In this document: positions 11,462 to 25,300 of the stretch, piece by piece
How the letters are laid out: each line of letters starts with the position of its first letter
Position numbering within the stretch: position 1 is the stretch's first letter
From: Podarcis cretensis
Lineage: Eukaryota
Direction of reading: 5' to 3'
Assembly (NCBI GenBank): GCA_951804945.1
Contig: OX638152.1
Coordinates: forward strand, 12,896,001-12,960,000
DNA: 64,000 nucleotides
Position numbers and translations under genes: made by a program
Notes under the pieces: model-generated
What the model was told of the DNA's origin: nothing
Seen by the model: only the letters and a program-made list of their open reading frames with translations
Database searches by the model: none

Positions 11462-14400
11462 CTGCAAGGGGGAGAGGCGAAGCAAAGAAACATGAGTGCG
11501 TTCCATAGTTCAAACAAGAAGAAATGGGATTAGGGACTGAAAACATGTGAAAGCGACAGGGGGCAGAAGCAGACAGATTTTCTCATCCCTCCCTCCCTCC
11601 CTCTTAGAATAGAAAGCCGCTTTGAGGCCTCTCGAGTGAGGTTTTATATACATTCAAGAAATAAAAGGTCTTTTTGCACCTCTTGAGAGCCAGGAACGGT
11701 ATGGTGCCAATTCTTTGTTGTTGTTGAAGTTGCCCAGGCTGGCTAAAATCCAGGCCAGCTGGAGCAAGGCCTGAAATGTCCACAGAATTATGCAGCAGAA
11801 AGGGCAGCAAATTTCATTTTGGTGAGGAAAGCGGTTTGTTTGTTTGTTTGTTTGTTTGTTTGTTTGGGGTGTTTTTCTTTTGGTTAGGCATGTCTGAAGG
11901 GTGTGAGCGAGAGCATGGGAGGCAAAGCAAGAGGAACCGTGTAGGAGGAGGAAAGTTAAAACCTTTGCAGCGGTGTGTGTGCGTGTCTAAGCACCCTCAA
12001 AAACAGCAGAGAGTTGTTGCAGACAAAGAACTGAGCAGCATGGGTTGATATCTGCAAAGGTCAGGGGTGGAATTAAGATAGTCTAACAATAGAGCGAGGG
12101 CAGGCCAGGAGCTACGTGTAGGAGGGGGGGAGCCTTTGCATGTCTGAGAACACAGTGCACGACACTGACTTTTGCAGCAGAGATTTCAAGCGGAGGCAGG
12201 AGACTACAACTAATCCAGAATGCGGCAGCTAGATGGGTGACTGGGAGCGGCCGCCAAGACCATATAACACCCATCTTGAAAGACCTACACTGGCTCCCAG
12301 TACGTTTCCGAGCACAATTCAGAGTGTTGGTGCTGACCTTTAAAGCCCTAAATGGCCTCGGCCCAGTATACCTGAAAGGAGCGTCTCCACCCCCATTGTT
12401 CTGCCCGGATACTGAGGTCCAGCGCCAAGGGCCTTCTGGCGGTTCCCTTGCTGCGAGAGGCCAAGTTACAGGGAACCAGGCAGAGGGCCTTCTCAGTAGT
12501 GGCACCCGCCCTGTGGAATGACCTCCCACCAGATGTCAAAGAAAAAAACAACTACCAGACTTTTAGAAGACATCTGAAGGCAGCCCTGTTTAGGGAAGCT
12601 TTTAATGTTTTAACGTTTAATAGGTTATTGTATTTTAGTGTTTTGTTGGAAGCCGCGCAGAGTGGCTGGGGAAGCCCAGCCAGATGGGTGGGGTATAAAT
12701 AATAAATTATTATTATTATTATTAATATTATTATTATTATTATTAGCAAGCGAGAAGAGTACATGTGAGAGACAGCATGGAGCAGTGGGGTTAAGGTGCT
12801 GGATCAGGGTTTCAAAGTGCCACTTAGCCACGAAGGTCCCTGGGTGACCTTAAGCTGCTCCACCGCCTCTCAGACTAGCCTACTTCGCAGGGTTGTTGCG
12901 ACTATAAAATGGAAAGGCAGTGAATTGTGTATGCTGTGCTGAGATTCTTGGTGCAAAGGCAGGATGCAAAAGTGAGAAATAAGTAAACAGAAGTGAGACA
13001 AGAGGGAGGGAACTGGACATGCCTGATGCTGGACCACAAGCGAGGCTGAACGTGCTCTAACGAAACCCTACCAAACTGATCACCACTGAGGGGTTGGAGA
13101 ATCACTGACAGATGTAGGTTTGAGCTGCTGAAAGCATGATGGTGGGCGTAGGAGCCCTGGCTCAGAGGAACATAATTCTCACCTTGTATTTGAGGTGAAC
13201 ATTGCAAGTTGCTGGTATCCTGACCTTGACCCTGTCTCCCATTGCCAACCTGCCAAGGGCTTTGAAACCTTTGTGGGGAGGCCCTTCTCTCAGTCCCACC
13301 ATCCTCACAGGCACACTTGGTGGGGATATTGGAGAAGGGCCTTCTTGGTGGTTGCTCCTGAGCTTTGGAACTCCCTCCCTAGAGAAGCTAGACTGCCTCC
13401 TTCCCTATTGTCCTTCTGTTGGCAGGTGAAGACCGTTTTATTCCCTCAGGCCTTTGGGAGCTGCCCGTTTGTTTGTTTGTTTTTTAAAGAAAGGTATTTA
13501 TTAGTGCTGTGCTGTTTTTTTCTTTTTTTTGTATTGTTTTAATTCTATTACCTTTTAGCAATTATATTTTATACATTTTTAGCTTTTTTGTATTTTACCT
13601 GTTTTGCTTTAGTTTTAATTTTTTTAAAAATCATTACAATTTTCAGCAGTCAAAAATTAAAACATTTGACTTCCCTTCCGCCTTTCCATAGCTTCTTTCT
13701 ATTTATCTTTCAGCACTGCATATTCTAATCACTCCATATCTTCTCTTTCCACATTTCTACATATTTCATACTGCTGAATTTATTCTAAAGCTGCTAACAT
13801 TTTAACCTGTTTACAATAATTCTTCATATGCTCTGCAAACTTCATACGCTCTAGATTCCTCTTTAAATACTGTTTTATCTTGCTCTCTTGTTCTGTTGGT
13901 TAGACTTGCCAATTCTGCATTCTTCCCTCATTTGGCCTTCTCCTTCCCTCCACTTTTGAGCATATAAAATTCAAGCTGCAGTTGTTGCACAGAGAAATAA
14001 ATTCTTATAATTCTTGGGAACATCTGACTCCATTATTCCTAAGAGAAACGCCTCTGGTCTTTTTTGGGAACGAACTTTTGAACATATTTTTGCATTGTTT
14101 TAATTAGCATAAGCCCCACTGAGTCCCAGTCTGCGAAACAGGTGGGATATAAATAAATATAAGAATATTAATAGCAGACCTTTGGCAGCATCTCCAGCGA
14201 GATGCAAAAGAGCATGTTGGGAAGATCGGATAATGAATTGATTTTTGCTTTTAAGGGTGTATAGGAAATAGAGGAAAATATTGTGGAGTCTCAGCCTAAT
14301 TAGCTAACAATTTTGAACCTGATCCCACCAATATTATTTGTGTACAGTATGGTATCACATAGTATTAAGATTTTGGGTTTTTCTTGACTTCAGTTATCTA

Positions 14401-17400
14401 ACTCCTATGAGTTTCTCAAAAGTAGAATGTTTGGGAATGTATTTATAACCTCCCCGGAACAAATCGGACAATGTGTACAAGTATCCTCAATGTGAACAGC
14501 TTCCATTGCTGAACAGAAAATCCTGCTACTGCTCAGATTTCCATTCAACCAATTTATTACCTGCTGTAATACCCAAACTAACACAAATATTACCTGCTGT
14601 AATACCCAAACTACTAATACAAATCCTGTGCTGCCACCTGGTGGAGTTTGCGGGGAAGCTATTAATGAGCGGAATGAAAGCCTGTATGCAGTTTACTGAA
14701 CCACAGGTGTGTTCATGTCCCAGTGCTCTGCAGGTTTTTGCTTTGAAGGTGCAGCCCATAATAAGGGTATGGAAAGTCAATACCTGCTTGCTAGATTATT
14801 ATATGGGGCTGTGTGGATCTCATCTTCCCCAAGAAACTGGCCCCCGAAGAGCCACTGCTTGTCAGAAAGCATGTTCTCCTTCATGGAGAGCACGTGTTGC
14901 GGTGGGGTCTGCTGAGCCACCCCTCTGTTACCAGGCAGGGTCTCTAAAGATGGCCTGGGGCAGTGATTGGTTCACTGGGTTGCTGGGGTAAAAGTTATGA
15001 TGCAATTTTGGTGGGAGGGGTAAAATGTTTAAATACTCTGCACGCAGCCTGGAGCTTTCTCTTTGCTGCGTGCAATGGATCACCCGCCCACCCGCCCTTG
15101 AGTAAGGGGTTGTTGCATTGACCTTGCTATGCCTGTCATGGGGTCGTCTGCCGTTGGGGCATGGGGCCTGGTAGGAATTTTGTCCATCTGGCTGATTGGC
15201 TGGGCCATTTGGTTTTTGCCTACTGCGTAGCAAATCGTCACAACTTGTAAGGTTGCGGTTAGGCATTGGTTATAAATTGGTGGAGGAGGGGTTAGGATAG
15301 GCTGGGCCTGCCCCTCCATGGTTGCTGCGGAAAGGAAATTCCGTTAAAGGAATCCTGGGGCTTGCCATCTTTTCGTCCAATCCCTGGAATGGGACTAGGG
15401 TCGGCAAGCCTTCGGGGAGCATGCGGATGAGAACTGAGGGTCTGTGACCCAGCTCCATTTCTCCCTGACTTGCTTTCCCCCACACTGTCTTTCGGTGGTG
15501 CCCGGAAGTCAGTTCTGTCCCCAAGTGGGGGAACAGATAGTCTTAACCAATGCCTAAACAACCACTCACGGTTTTGTATTTAAATAAAGTTGTGGCCAAA
15601 ATTATGCCAAAACCTTAAACAAAAATTAAGTGTGCGTTGTGAGTTATTTGGGGGGTGGCTTGGGGACCTCGACACGAAAAAAGCAAGAAGAAACCAAGAA
15701 CGGCCATTCCAGATCAGATCGAAAGGACCCATCTAGTCCAGCATCTTACAGCAGCCAATCAGATGCCTACAGTGAACCTGCAAGCAGGAGATGTGATTCC
15801 CCCAAAACTCCCCCTGATACTTGAACAAAGCTAGATGAGCAATTTCTCTGACCTGCTACAAAAGCTGCTTCCTATACCCGAAAGACCACTTTACTTTCTC
15901 CCACGACTAATTGATTAGCAGAATTTGTATGCTGCTTGATTGGAGAAACAACAACCTTAATTTAAGCAGCTTACAAAAACATAAAACAAAAACCTTGAAA
16001 TAGAAAGCAGCTAAAAACAGGCATTTAAAAGCATTCAAAAGATGACTAAAAATAAAAAAGAGCTAACAGGAGGTACAGCAGCCACGAAATTAAAAGACGC
16101 CTGCTTCTTGGGAGAAAAGCAATGACAAACCTAGACAGCATCTTAAAAAGCAGAGACATCACCTTGCCAACAAAGGTCTGTCTAGTTAAAGCTATGGTTT
16201 TCCCAGTAGTGATGTATGGAAGTGAGAGCTGGACCATAAAGAAGGCTGATCGCCGAAGAATCGATGCTTTTGAACTATAGCGCTGGAGGAGACTCTTGAG
16301 AGTCCCATGGACTGCAAGAAGATCAAACCTCTCCATTCTTAAGGAAATAAACCCTGAGTGTTCACTGGAAGGACAGATCCTGAAGCTGAGGCTCCAATAC
16401 TTTGGCCACCTCCTGAGAAGAGAAGACTCCCTGGAAAAGACCCTGATGCTGGGAAAGATGGAGGGCACAAGGAGAAGGGGACAACAGACGACAAGATGGT
16501 TGGACAGTGTTCTTAAAGCTACTAACATGAGTTTGACCAAACTGTGGGAGGCAGTGGAAGACAGGAGTGCCTGGCGTGCTCTGGTCCATGGGGTCACGAA
16601 GAGTCGGACATGACTAAATGACTAAACAACAGCAACAACAACAGGAGATAACTTCTACACATATAACTTCAACATAGAACCAAAAATGTACTTGTTGGAT
16701 GTTAAGTGGCAGGGAGTTCCAAAGTGTAGATGCTGCCACACTAAATGATTTGCTTCTTACATATCTAAATGACTTGAAGGACTAGAAAGGATGTGTGGAA
16801 CTGGTATTGTGTTGGCAGTTCTGCAGATCGAAGCGGTCCAGTGGACATTTCTCTCTCCTTCCCCCTCTACCCTCCTTCCTCCCAGTCCACCAGGCAGCCA
16901 GGGAAGAAATTAATCACTATTGCTGGAGGTCTAATCTGATCTTTTGCAGAAGCCTTTTGAAATTAGGGCAAGGGACACTTCTGGTCCCCTGACTTTCAAA
17001 GGTCACACATGTACTCAGCCAAGCAATTTAGCTCTGGTGCTGTGACCTCTAGCACCCCCACCATTGAAATAACTAGATATGTTTTTACTGGACTAGCCAC
17101 TTCATATTGCAGATTGGGTGTCGGCGGCATGTTTGAATACGTCCCCATCACATATTTATTCACGAAAAGATAGCATTTTCAATGAGAACTGGCTTTCTCC
17201 CTGCAAACTACTGAAAGCTGAAAGACAGGTGCTTCTCAGATTTTCTTTTCTTTTCTTTCTAGCTCTGGTTGAAGACTTTCTTCTTTCAACAAACCCTCCA
17301 TGTGGACATTTTTTTTTATATCCTAGCCAGTATCTGTATTTATCTGAAATGGCATTTTATAGAGGCAACTGTTTAGAGGCGACATGGCTTTTTACTGTGT

Positions 17401-17702
17401 TGTGAAATGGCTTTAAGATGCTTCACAGGAAGTGAAGCACATAGGAAAGAAATAAGAACAATACGTCTCTGATGACTGGAGGGTCGCAGCAATGGGTGGT
17501 ATTCAGCTACGTCTTACTCAGAGTAGACGCATTGAAATCAATTGACTCAATTTATTCATGTTCATTGATTTCAGTGGGTTTGTTCTGAGTAAAACTTAGT
17601 TGACTACAACCCCCTGCATCTCTATTGGCTGGGTCTTTCCTACCTTTCTACGTCTTAAGTATTTTGGCAAGCAAACCTAAGTTGTTGTTGGTTTTGTGTG
17701 TG

Positions 17703-17739
<37 letters not shown>

Positions 17740-19253
17740 TTTGTTTGTTTGTTTTTGCTGAAATCTAACCACCAGTGGCCTTGCTTCAGTAAATTGCTTA
17801 GTGATAACTGCCTTGCAGAGACTTCACCTTGCCAACAAAGGTCCGTATAGTTAAAGCCATGGTTTTCCCAGTAGTGATGTATAGAAGTGAGAACTGGACC
17901 ATAAAGAAGGCTGATCGCCAAAGAATTGATGCTTTTGCATTATGGTGCTGGAGGAGACTCTTGAGAGTCCCATGGACTGCAAGAAGATCAAACCTATCCA
18001 TTCTTAAGGAAATCAGCCCTGAGTGCCCACTGGAAGGACAGATCGTGAAGCTGAGGCTCCAATACTTTGGCCACCTCATGAGAAGAGAAGACTCCCTGGA
18101 AAAGACCCTGATGTTGGGAAAGATGGCGGGCACAAGGAGAAGGGGACGACAGAGGACAAGATGGTTGGACAGTGTTTTCGAAACTACCAACATGAGTCTG
18201 ACCAAACTGCGGGAGGCAGTGGAAGACAGGAGTGCCTGGCGTGCTCTGGTCCATGGGGTCACGAAGAGTCGGACACGACTAAACGACTAAATAATAACAA
18301 CAACTGCCTTGGAAAAGACTTGAACAACACCCCCCCCCCCGTTATTTTTTTCACTTGGGATGGATATGGAAGAATGCATTTATTGTTGTTATTTGTGCTT
18401 GATTAACTTAAACTTTGCTCCATTCCAAATTCGCTGGAGGAAATACACAAAGCCTAATTGGATGATTGCTTCTCTTCCATTTGACTGATGAAACACAAAG
18501 CACTGGGTGTTGTTGGGTTTTTTTGGGGGGTTTTTTGCATGCCAAGATTATGCCAAGCAGCTTATTTGTCTCTTGCGGAGAATGCGGCTACAAAATAAAC
18601 TAAAATTCCTTGGCACCGGACCAGAGGTGACTGCAGGCAACGATGACTCTGCACTTCAAGACTGCTGCTGTGGCCTAGGCTTACTGGGTGCCAGTCAAGT
18701 TCCACTCCAGTCTGTTATCTTTGTCCCCAAGATATTGATGACGTAGGAACCTTCGGCCCTGCAGACATTGCTGGACTCCAGCTTCCAGCATCCCTGACTA
18801 TCATTCATGCTGGCTGGAGCTGATGAGATTTGCAGTCTGACAACATCTGGAGGGCAAAGGTCCTCCAGGCCTCCCTTAAAAATTGCAAAGGGCTGGACCA
18901 GATGACACTTTGCCTCCATCCTTGATCATAAGATCAGCTCCAAGGCGTTTTTTCATGGTGGTCTCATGTCTATCAAACTCTCTCTCTTGAAATGTTTGAC
19001 ACGGATGTTGATGATGAAACCAGCTCCTATCAGGATAGCATTGACCTGAGTTTTGTTTCGGGGGGCAGATTGCGAGCAGAAATTGAGAACCAGCTTTGGG
19101 ATCTCTGGAAATGTGTGTTCATTTAACTGTGCACATTCCTTAGAGAAGCATTATTTCCAAATTCCACGCTATCAGTGTAAAAAGGAAAGGGCAATTATGG
19201 TAACGTCGCAGGCGCTAAATGAGCAAAACGTATCCAAAGGCTTACAAAGCTTT

Positions 19254-19301
<48 letters not shown>

Positions 19302-22300
19302 TTTTTTATTTATACCCTGCCCTCCCTGGCCAAGACAGGGCTAGGGCGGCTAACACCGAATATAAATACAGTAAAAACATTTTTAAAAAACAAAAAACAA
19401 AGAAAAAACAAACCCAAACAAACAGTTGATTGAAATATAAATTAGACTACAGTTTAAAATGCAGCTTAATGTGCAGCCTCGTTTTAGTGGTAGCCTGTAG
19501 ATCAAAGCCGTAAGGGGAGAAAACATCAAATATTCACCGGGGCCAACTATCCATGCTGGTCCTACATGGGCCAGCAATAAGAGGTGAGCGAAAATTTATA
19601 TACAAAATCCCATATAAGGGGTTCCATCAAATAAAATAAAATAAAAATGAGGGGGGGGGAGGGTTAGACTGAGTCCAACCCAAAGGCCAGGCAGAACAGC
19701 TCTGTCTTGTAGGCCCTGATCTCCTGCAGTAGGATGTTCCACCAGGTCGGGGCCAGAGCTGAAAAGGCCCTGGCCCTGGCTGAGGCCAATCTAACCTTCT
19801 TATGTGCATATAGATATATAATCCATTGCAAATTTGGAAAACGAATTGAAGAGCTGTAGTCCAATTCATTAAGAACAGAGAGATAACAAGCTCTGCATGG
19901 CTCATCTGAGAGTGTGCCTGGGGTGTATGCCATGCTCATTCATACCCACTAGATGGCAGACTTGATCTGAATAAGAAGATGAAGAAGAAGAAGAAGAAAA
20001 AGAAGAAGAGGAGGAGTAGTAGTTTGGACTTGATATCCCGCTTTATCACTACCCGAAGGAGTCTCAAAGCAGCTCACATTCTCCTTTCCCGTCCTCCCCC
20101 ACAACAAACACTCTGTAAGGTGAGTGAGGCTGAGAGACTTCAGAGAAGTGTGACTGGCCCAAGATCACCCAGCAGCTGCATGTGGAGGAGTGGGGAAGCG
20201 AACCCAGTTCCCCAGATTACGAGTCCACTGCTCTTATGCACTGCACCACGCTGGCTCTCTTAAAGCAAATAAAAATAAAAATAAAAAACTAAAGACATCA
20301 ATAAAACTTGGTTCTTTGCTCTCTAGGGGGAAAGGGGGAACTGAATGTCAACCTGAGTTCCCTCCTGCAATGAACTGTTTCGGGTTCTCAGCATGTGATG
20401 GAAAAGTAGGCAAGGAATGTTGAGACAGGCAGGACTCGAGAGGATCAGAGAGAGAAGATGCCTCTCTGTCTTCCTGCCTGCCCTGATTTGCAGAGGCCAT
20501 ATCTCAGTGCCTGAGCATCTGCCTTGCACAAGAAGATCCTAGGTTCAATCTCTAGCATCTTCAGGTAGAGTTGGGAACAACTTCTGAAACCATGGAGAGC
20601 CACTGCCTGTCCAATGTAGACAGTGTCAATAAACCAACAGTCTAAATTGGCAAGTTGCTATGATGCTAAAAGGCAGGATTGCAGATAGACCAAGGAGAGA
20701 CATTGCCAACACAGACCCTGTTTGCTGGATCAGGAACTGGAGGAGTGATCAAATCTCTCCTTCTCTTGACCCTCGGTGGCTGTTGGAGTAGAACAGCCTA
20801 TCATAGTGACAGATTTTGCTGGTAACCAAAGCATCATTTGGGAACCTAGGAAGTTGTGCTAAATCTAAGAGCAATTGGTCATCTAGCTCACAGTGCATGG
20901 CTTGTGCCAGTGTTTCCCAAACTTGCGTTTTCAAATGTTTTTGGACTACAACTCCTATCATCCCTAACTAGCAAAACTAGTGGTGAGGATGATGGGTGCT
21001 GTAGTCCAAAAAATAGCTAGAGACCCAAGTTTGGGAAACACTGGTCTACACTAACTAAAAATTAATTCCGTGCATAGGAAATACTTACAGATAAAATTTG
21101 GTCTCCCCTCTGAAGCTCTCCACTGAGGTCGGCTGGCCCACCCGCTAGGATGAAGGATACAAAAATGCCTTCGCCGTCTTCTCCGCCTACGATGTTGAAC
21201 CCAAGCCCCGTTGACCCCTTGTGCAGGACAACTTTGCGAGGTTCTCTGTGGAAAGAAAAGGACATTGCTCATTCATTTAAGAGACCTGGATTCAGGACCA
21301 GCCCACCTATGAGGCAAGGTGAGAAGACTGCTTCGGGCAGAAGGGTCCACCAGGACAGCTGATCCCAATGTTGATCTTTCTCGACCCCTGCCCATTTGCT
21401 CCTGATGTAGATATTCCCTGACCTCTTCTTCCCTTGTGGGGTGGGAGAGGGACCATTTTTAAGCCAGCCTCAGGTGCCAAAATATCTTGGGCTGCCTGGG
21501 TTGTATATGTCTCCTGTTGAGTAGTTCCTTTCCATTTCCTTCCATAATAACAAGTGCTAGATGGACCATTGTGTTTGATTCAGTACAAGGCAGCTTGCTG
21601 TGCTGTTGCCATATCCTTTTTTTCTTCACTTTCTCTTCCCTCAGCTATCTCTTTGTGTTTTATACATTTTTAACATATTAACATTCATACAACAGAACTT
21701 CTCCTCTTATACAATATTTTTTGGACTTCCGTCAACACCTCTGATGATTTTCCGTTCTTATCACGTATTATGCATTTCTTAATTTCATATTACCTTTAAT
21801 TATCTTTAACTAATCGGCAGTTCGAATCCCTGCGGCGGGGTGCGCTCCCGCTGCTCGGTCCCAGCGCCTGCCAACCTAGCAGTTCGAAAGCACCTCCGGG
21901 TGCAAGTAGATAAATAGGGACCGCTTACCAGCGGGAAGGTAAACGGCGTTTCCGTGTGCGGCTCTGGCTCGCCAGAGCAGCGATGTCACGCTGGCCACGT
22001 GACCCGGAAGTGTCTCCGGACAGCGCTGGCCCCTGGCCTCTTAAGTGAGATGGGCGCACAACCCCAGAGTCTGTCAAGACTGGCCCATACGGGCAGGGGT
22101 ACCTTTACCTTTTAATAATTCTCCTCATTGTCTTTTTTGCAATATTTCAAATAATTCACCTTACAAAACTACTTGCTAACCTACTAACGTAATCTGTTCA
22201 TCACAATTACTTTTCAAACAGTCCGTAAATTTATTCCAGTCTTCTGAGAATCTCTGGTCCCGCAGGTTTCGAATCCTTCCTGTTACTTTATCTAATTCTG

Positions 22301-25300
22301 CATAGTCCATCAATTTCATCCTCCATTCTTACTATTGCCTTATCCTAATATCGTATTGACCAATGAGATACTTCCCTTTTTGTTGACATAGGCAAGCATA
22401 TATAGACACATGCCAATGTAAATCAGCAGCAACTGGGAATCCAATAGAATTACAAATACACGGCTTAGCTCCAAGTTATCTGAATTACCATATCTCCTCA
22501 TGTGAACCTGCCTGGATTTTGAGATCTTTGGAAGAGGGTCTTTCTCCCGCTTGGTGGGGATGTGGGAGAGGTCTTTACTTGCACTTGTGGCACAGTCACA
22601 GTTCGAAACTCTGCCACTCAGTTCTGCTATGGGCACAGACCTTTCGTTAAATAGAATGGACTGCTATAAAATACATTTCCTGCATCCGGCCAGTAGATGG
22701 AGCTGGCAGTCCAGTTTCTGAGCACCCACAGTTCTTGCCCACCCATAGTTAAACACATTTCATTCCTCTTTCTCTCTCTTCCCCCTACCTGCTTCCCTCT
22801 ATTTTTATTTCTCACCATGCTCCAGGGATTTTGGAGCAACAAAGATGAGATTCTTCAGAAGCTGCAGGCATGTGTAGCATCCAACATTGGTCATATAATG
22901 TTTTTGTTTGTTTGTTTTAGGTGCAGACCAGGGGAAAGTAGGAATAGATGCTACTCACCAGAGAAGGGAGCTAAAATTGTTGCTACAAAGAGACCGGTCC
23001 ACTGATAAGTTCTCCTGAGCAAGACCCACTGAAATGGCGCCAGAAGTATAAATGGGGATTGCACTGAATAAGTTCCCAATAGATCGGGTGCCACTCCCCC
23101 CAAAATAGCCCAAACAGGAAAAGGTAATCTCTGTTGAGCAGTCTTCCTCAACCTGGTTGTTGGCATCCATCTGTCTGAAGAGACAATGGAATGTGCACCT
23201 GGGGTTGAAGTCAAAACTCTGAGGAATCACAGCGCCTGCTGTGGCTGCAGAGACTGGTAACTCACAACTGCTGCCTCCTGCATTGTTTGATGCTTTTGAA
23301 TTATGGTGCTGGAGGAGACTCTTGAGAGTCCCATGGACTGCAAAAAGATCAAACCTATCCATTCTTAAGGAAATCAGCCCTGAGTGCTCACTGGAAGGAC
23401 AGATCCTGAAGCTGAGGCTCCAATACTTTGGCCACCTCATGAGAATAGAAGACTCCCTGGAAAAGACCCTGGTGTTGGGAAAGATGGAGGGCACAAGGAG
23501 AAGGGGACGACAGAGGATGAGATGGTTGGACAGTGTTCTCGAAGCTACCAGCATGAGTTTGACCAAACTGCGGGAGGCAGTGGAAGACAGGAGTGCCTGG
23601 CGTGCTCTGGTCCATGGGGTCACGGAGAGTCGGACACGACTAAACAACTAAACAACAACAAAGCAGCACCAAAGTGACCTCCATGGGCGCAAGCTTGGGT
23701 AGTGTGTATGGAGGTCCTGGGCTGTGACAAGACTCCACTCTCGACCTCGCTGATGTGATCCAAAGGAAAGCAGAGCAATACATTTGGCAACATTTGCCGA
23801 AAAGAGTCGTACGACATGCCATCCAACCGTCTTAAGAACTCCACTCTGGTTCTGTGTAGGCTTTAATCTTAACCCTTTTCTTCTTCTGAACCCTGCAAGA
23901 CTGTTGGCCATGTAGGCTGGGGCTTATGGGAGTTCTAAACCAAAACATATGGAGGATAGGCTATTGGGAAAAGTCGCTGCATACCATGAACTCAGTGAAG
24001 GCTGGTCCATTAGGGTGACTGGGGAGCTAACCCACTAACCTCAGTTTGCCCTCAGCCAGCTCCCACCAGCTTCCTCCTGAGTCTCAGGTTTGCCCTTGCA
24101 GAGCTCAGCATGGAGGAGGATGGAGTCAGAACTGGAATTAGTTGGCTCTGCCTGTCATTGGCTGACTCTGTCATGGGCTCCAGCTCTGCCTTTTTTGGGC
24201 TTCCTTGCCTTCCACCCAAACGGTCCCAATAGGCAGCAGCCATCTCTGCATGTCATGTACTCTGATAAAAGCCTTGGTGAGCTATCAACACAGAGAAGTC
24301 AGATGGGGATAGGATATACCTGGTTCCTCGAGGACATTCTCCGGCTCCCCCAGTAGTACATTTTTTTCCAAACACAGCAACTCCGTGAAGAAAAGAGGAG
24401 CTCAGTTTGGACATGGAGGTGAGCAAAACTTAAGATAAAGTCCGTCTTTAGGCACCTTGCATGACTTCAGGGCTATCTAGTGCGGCCAAACTAGAATGAA
24501 TGAAGCTAAGTTAGTCATGCCCATTAGTTTCAACAGTTCTGCTCTGAATAAGACTGGCATTGAATACAGTCTATAGGAAGACCGTAATAAGCTACCTTAT
24601 ACTGTGTCAGACCATTGATCCATCTAGCTTTGTATTGCCTACACTGACTGGAAGAATTTCAGACAGTAGCAGTTCCTTATCCTATCTGGAGAAGCTGGGA
24701 ATCGAACCTCCAATTTTCTGTGTGCAAAGCAGATGCTCTACCACTGAGCTAAGGCCCTTCTACATACATTCAGAGCTGTTTTATAGTGTGCTCAGCACTG
24801 TCTGTACACTGTACACTGACTGGCAGAGGTTTATGGCCTTCTACCAGGGACCTTCTGCATGTAAGGGAGATGTTACCACTGATCTACAGCCCTTCACCAT
24901 GTCAGCTGCTCCCTTCCAGATTTCCCCTTTCTTTCTGCCCCTATTTCCAGCAGCTACTTTGCTGTGTGGCATGCTGTTACATTGCCACACAACCAATCAG
25001 GACTGGAAGATGTGACCATGTTACAAAGCCAATTGAGAGCAAGGGCAAATGCTTGCTGTCCTCACTCTGAATGGGCAGGTATTTTTTACCCCATTTCATA
25101 GAACCCACAAACTATTGCCAGAACTGGAAGCATGTTGTTTTGCAGGGAAGCACAGTGCTCAGGAAAAGCACACTGCCTGTTTTTGTCTGGGACAGATACA
25201 AAAGCTGTTCAGGGAATAGTGGAAGGAGCACCTGTTTCTGAGACAAAGCAGATTTGAACCTGCCAGCTGCCTAGATAGGGGATTGCCTGTGGCATCATAG

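Noticed and set aside
22958-22981. 24-nt candidate microexon (tctctttgtag|...CTCTG|gtgagt)
   Set aside because: Splicing to the PDZ3 exon creates TG|A (stop), and the pyrimidine tract is short. It shows such patterns can arise by chance, which also tempers the other microexon calls.
16046-23677. Long overlapping ORFs (for example 16046-16597, 17798-18262, 22955-23647) as host genes
   Set aside because: They are sense or antisense frames of BovB 3' fragments.
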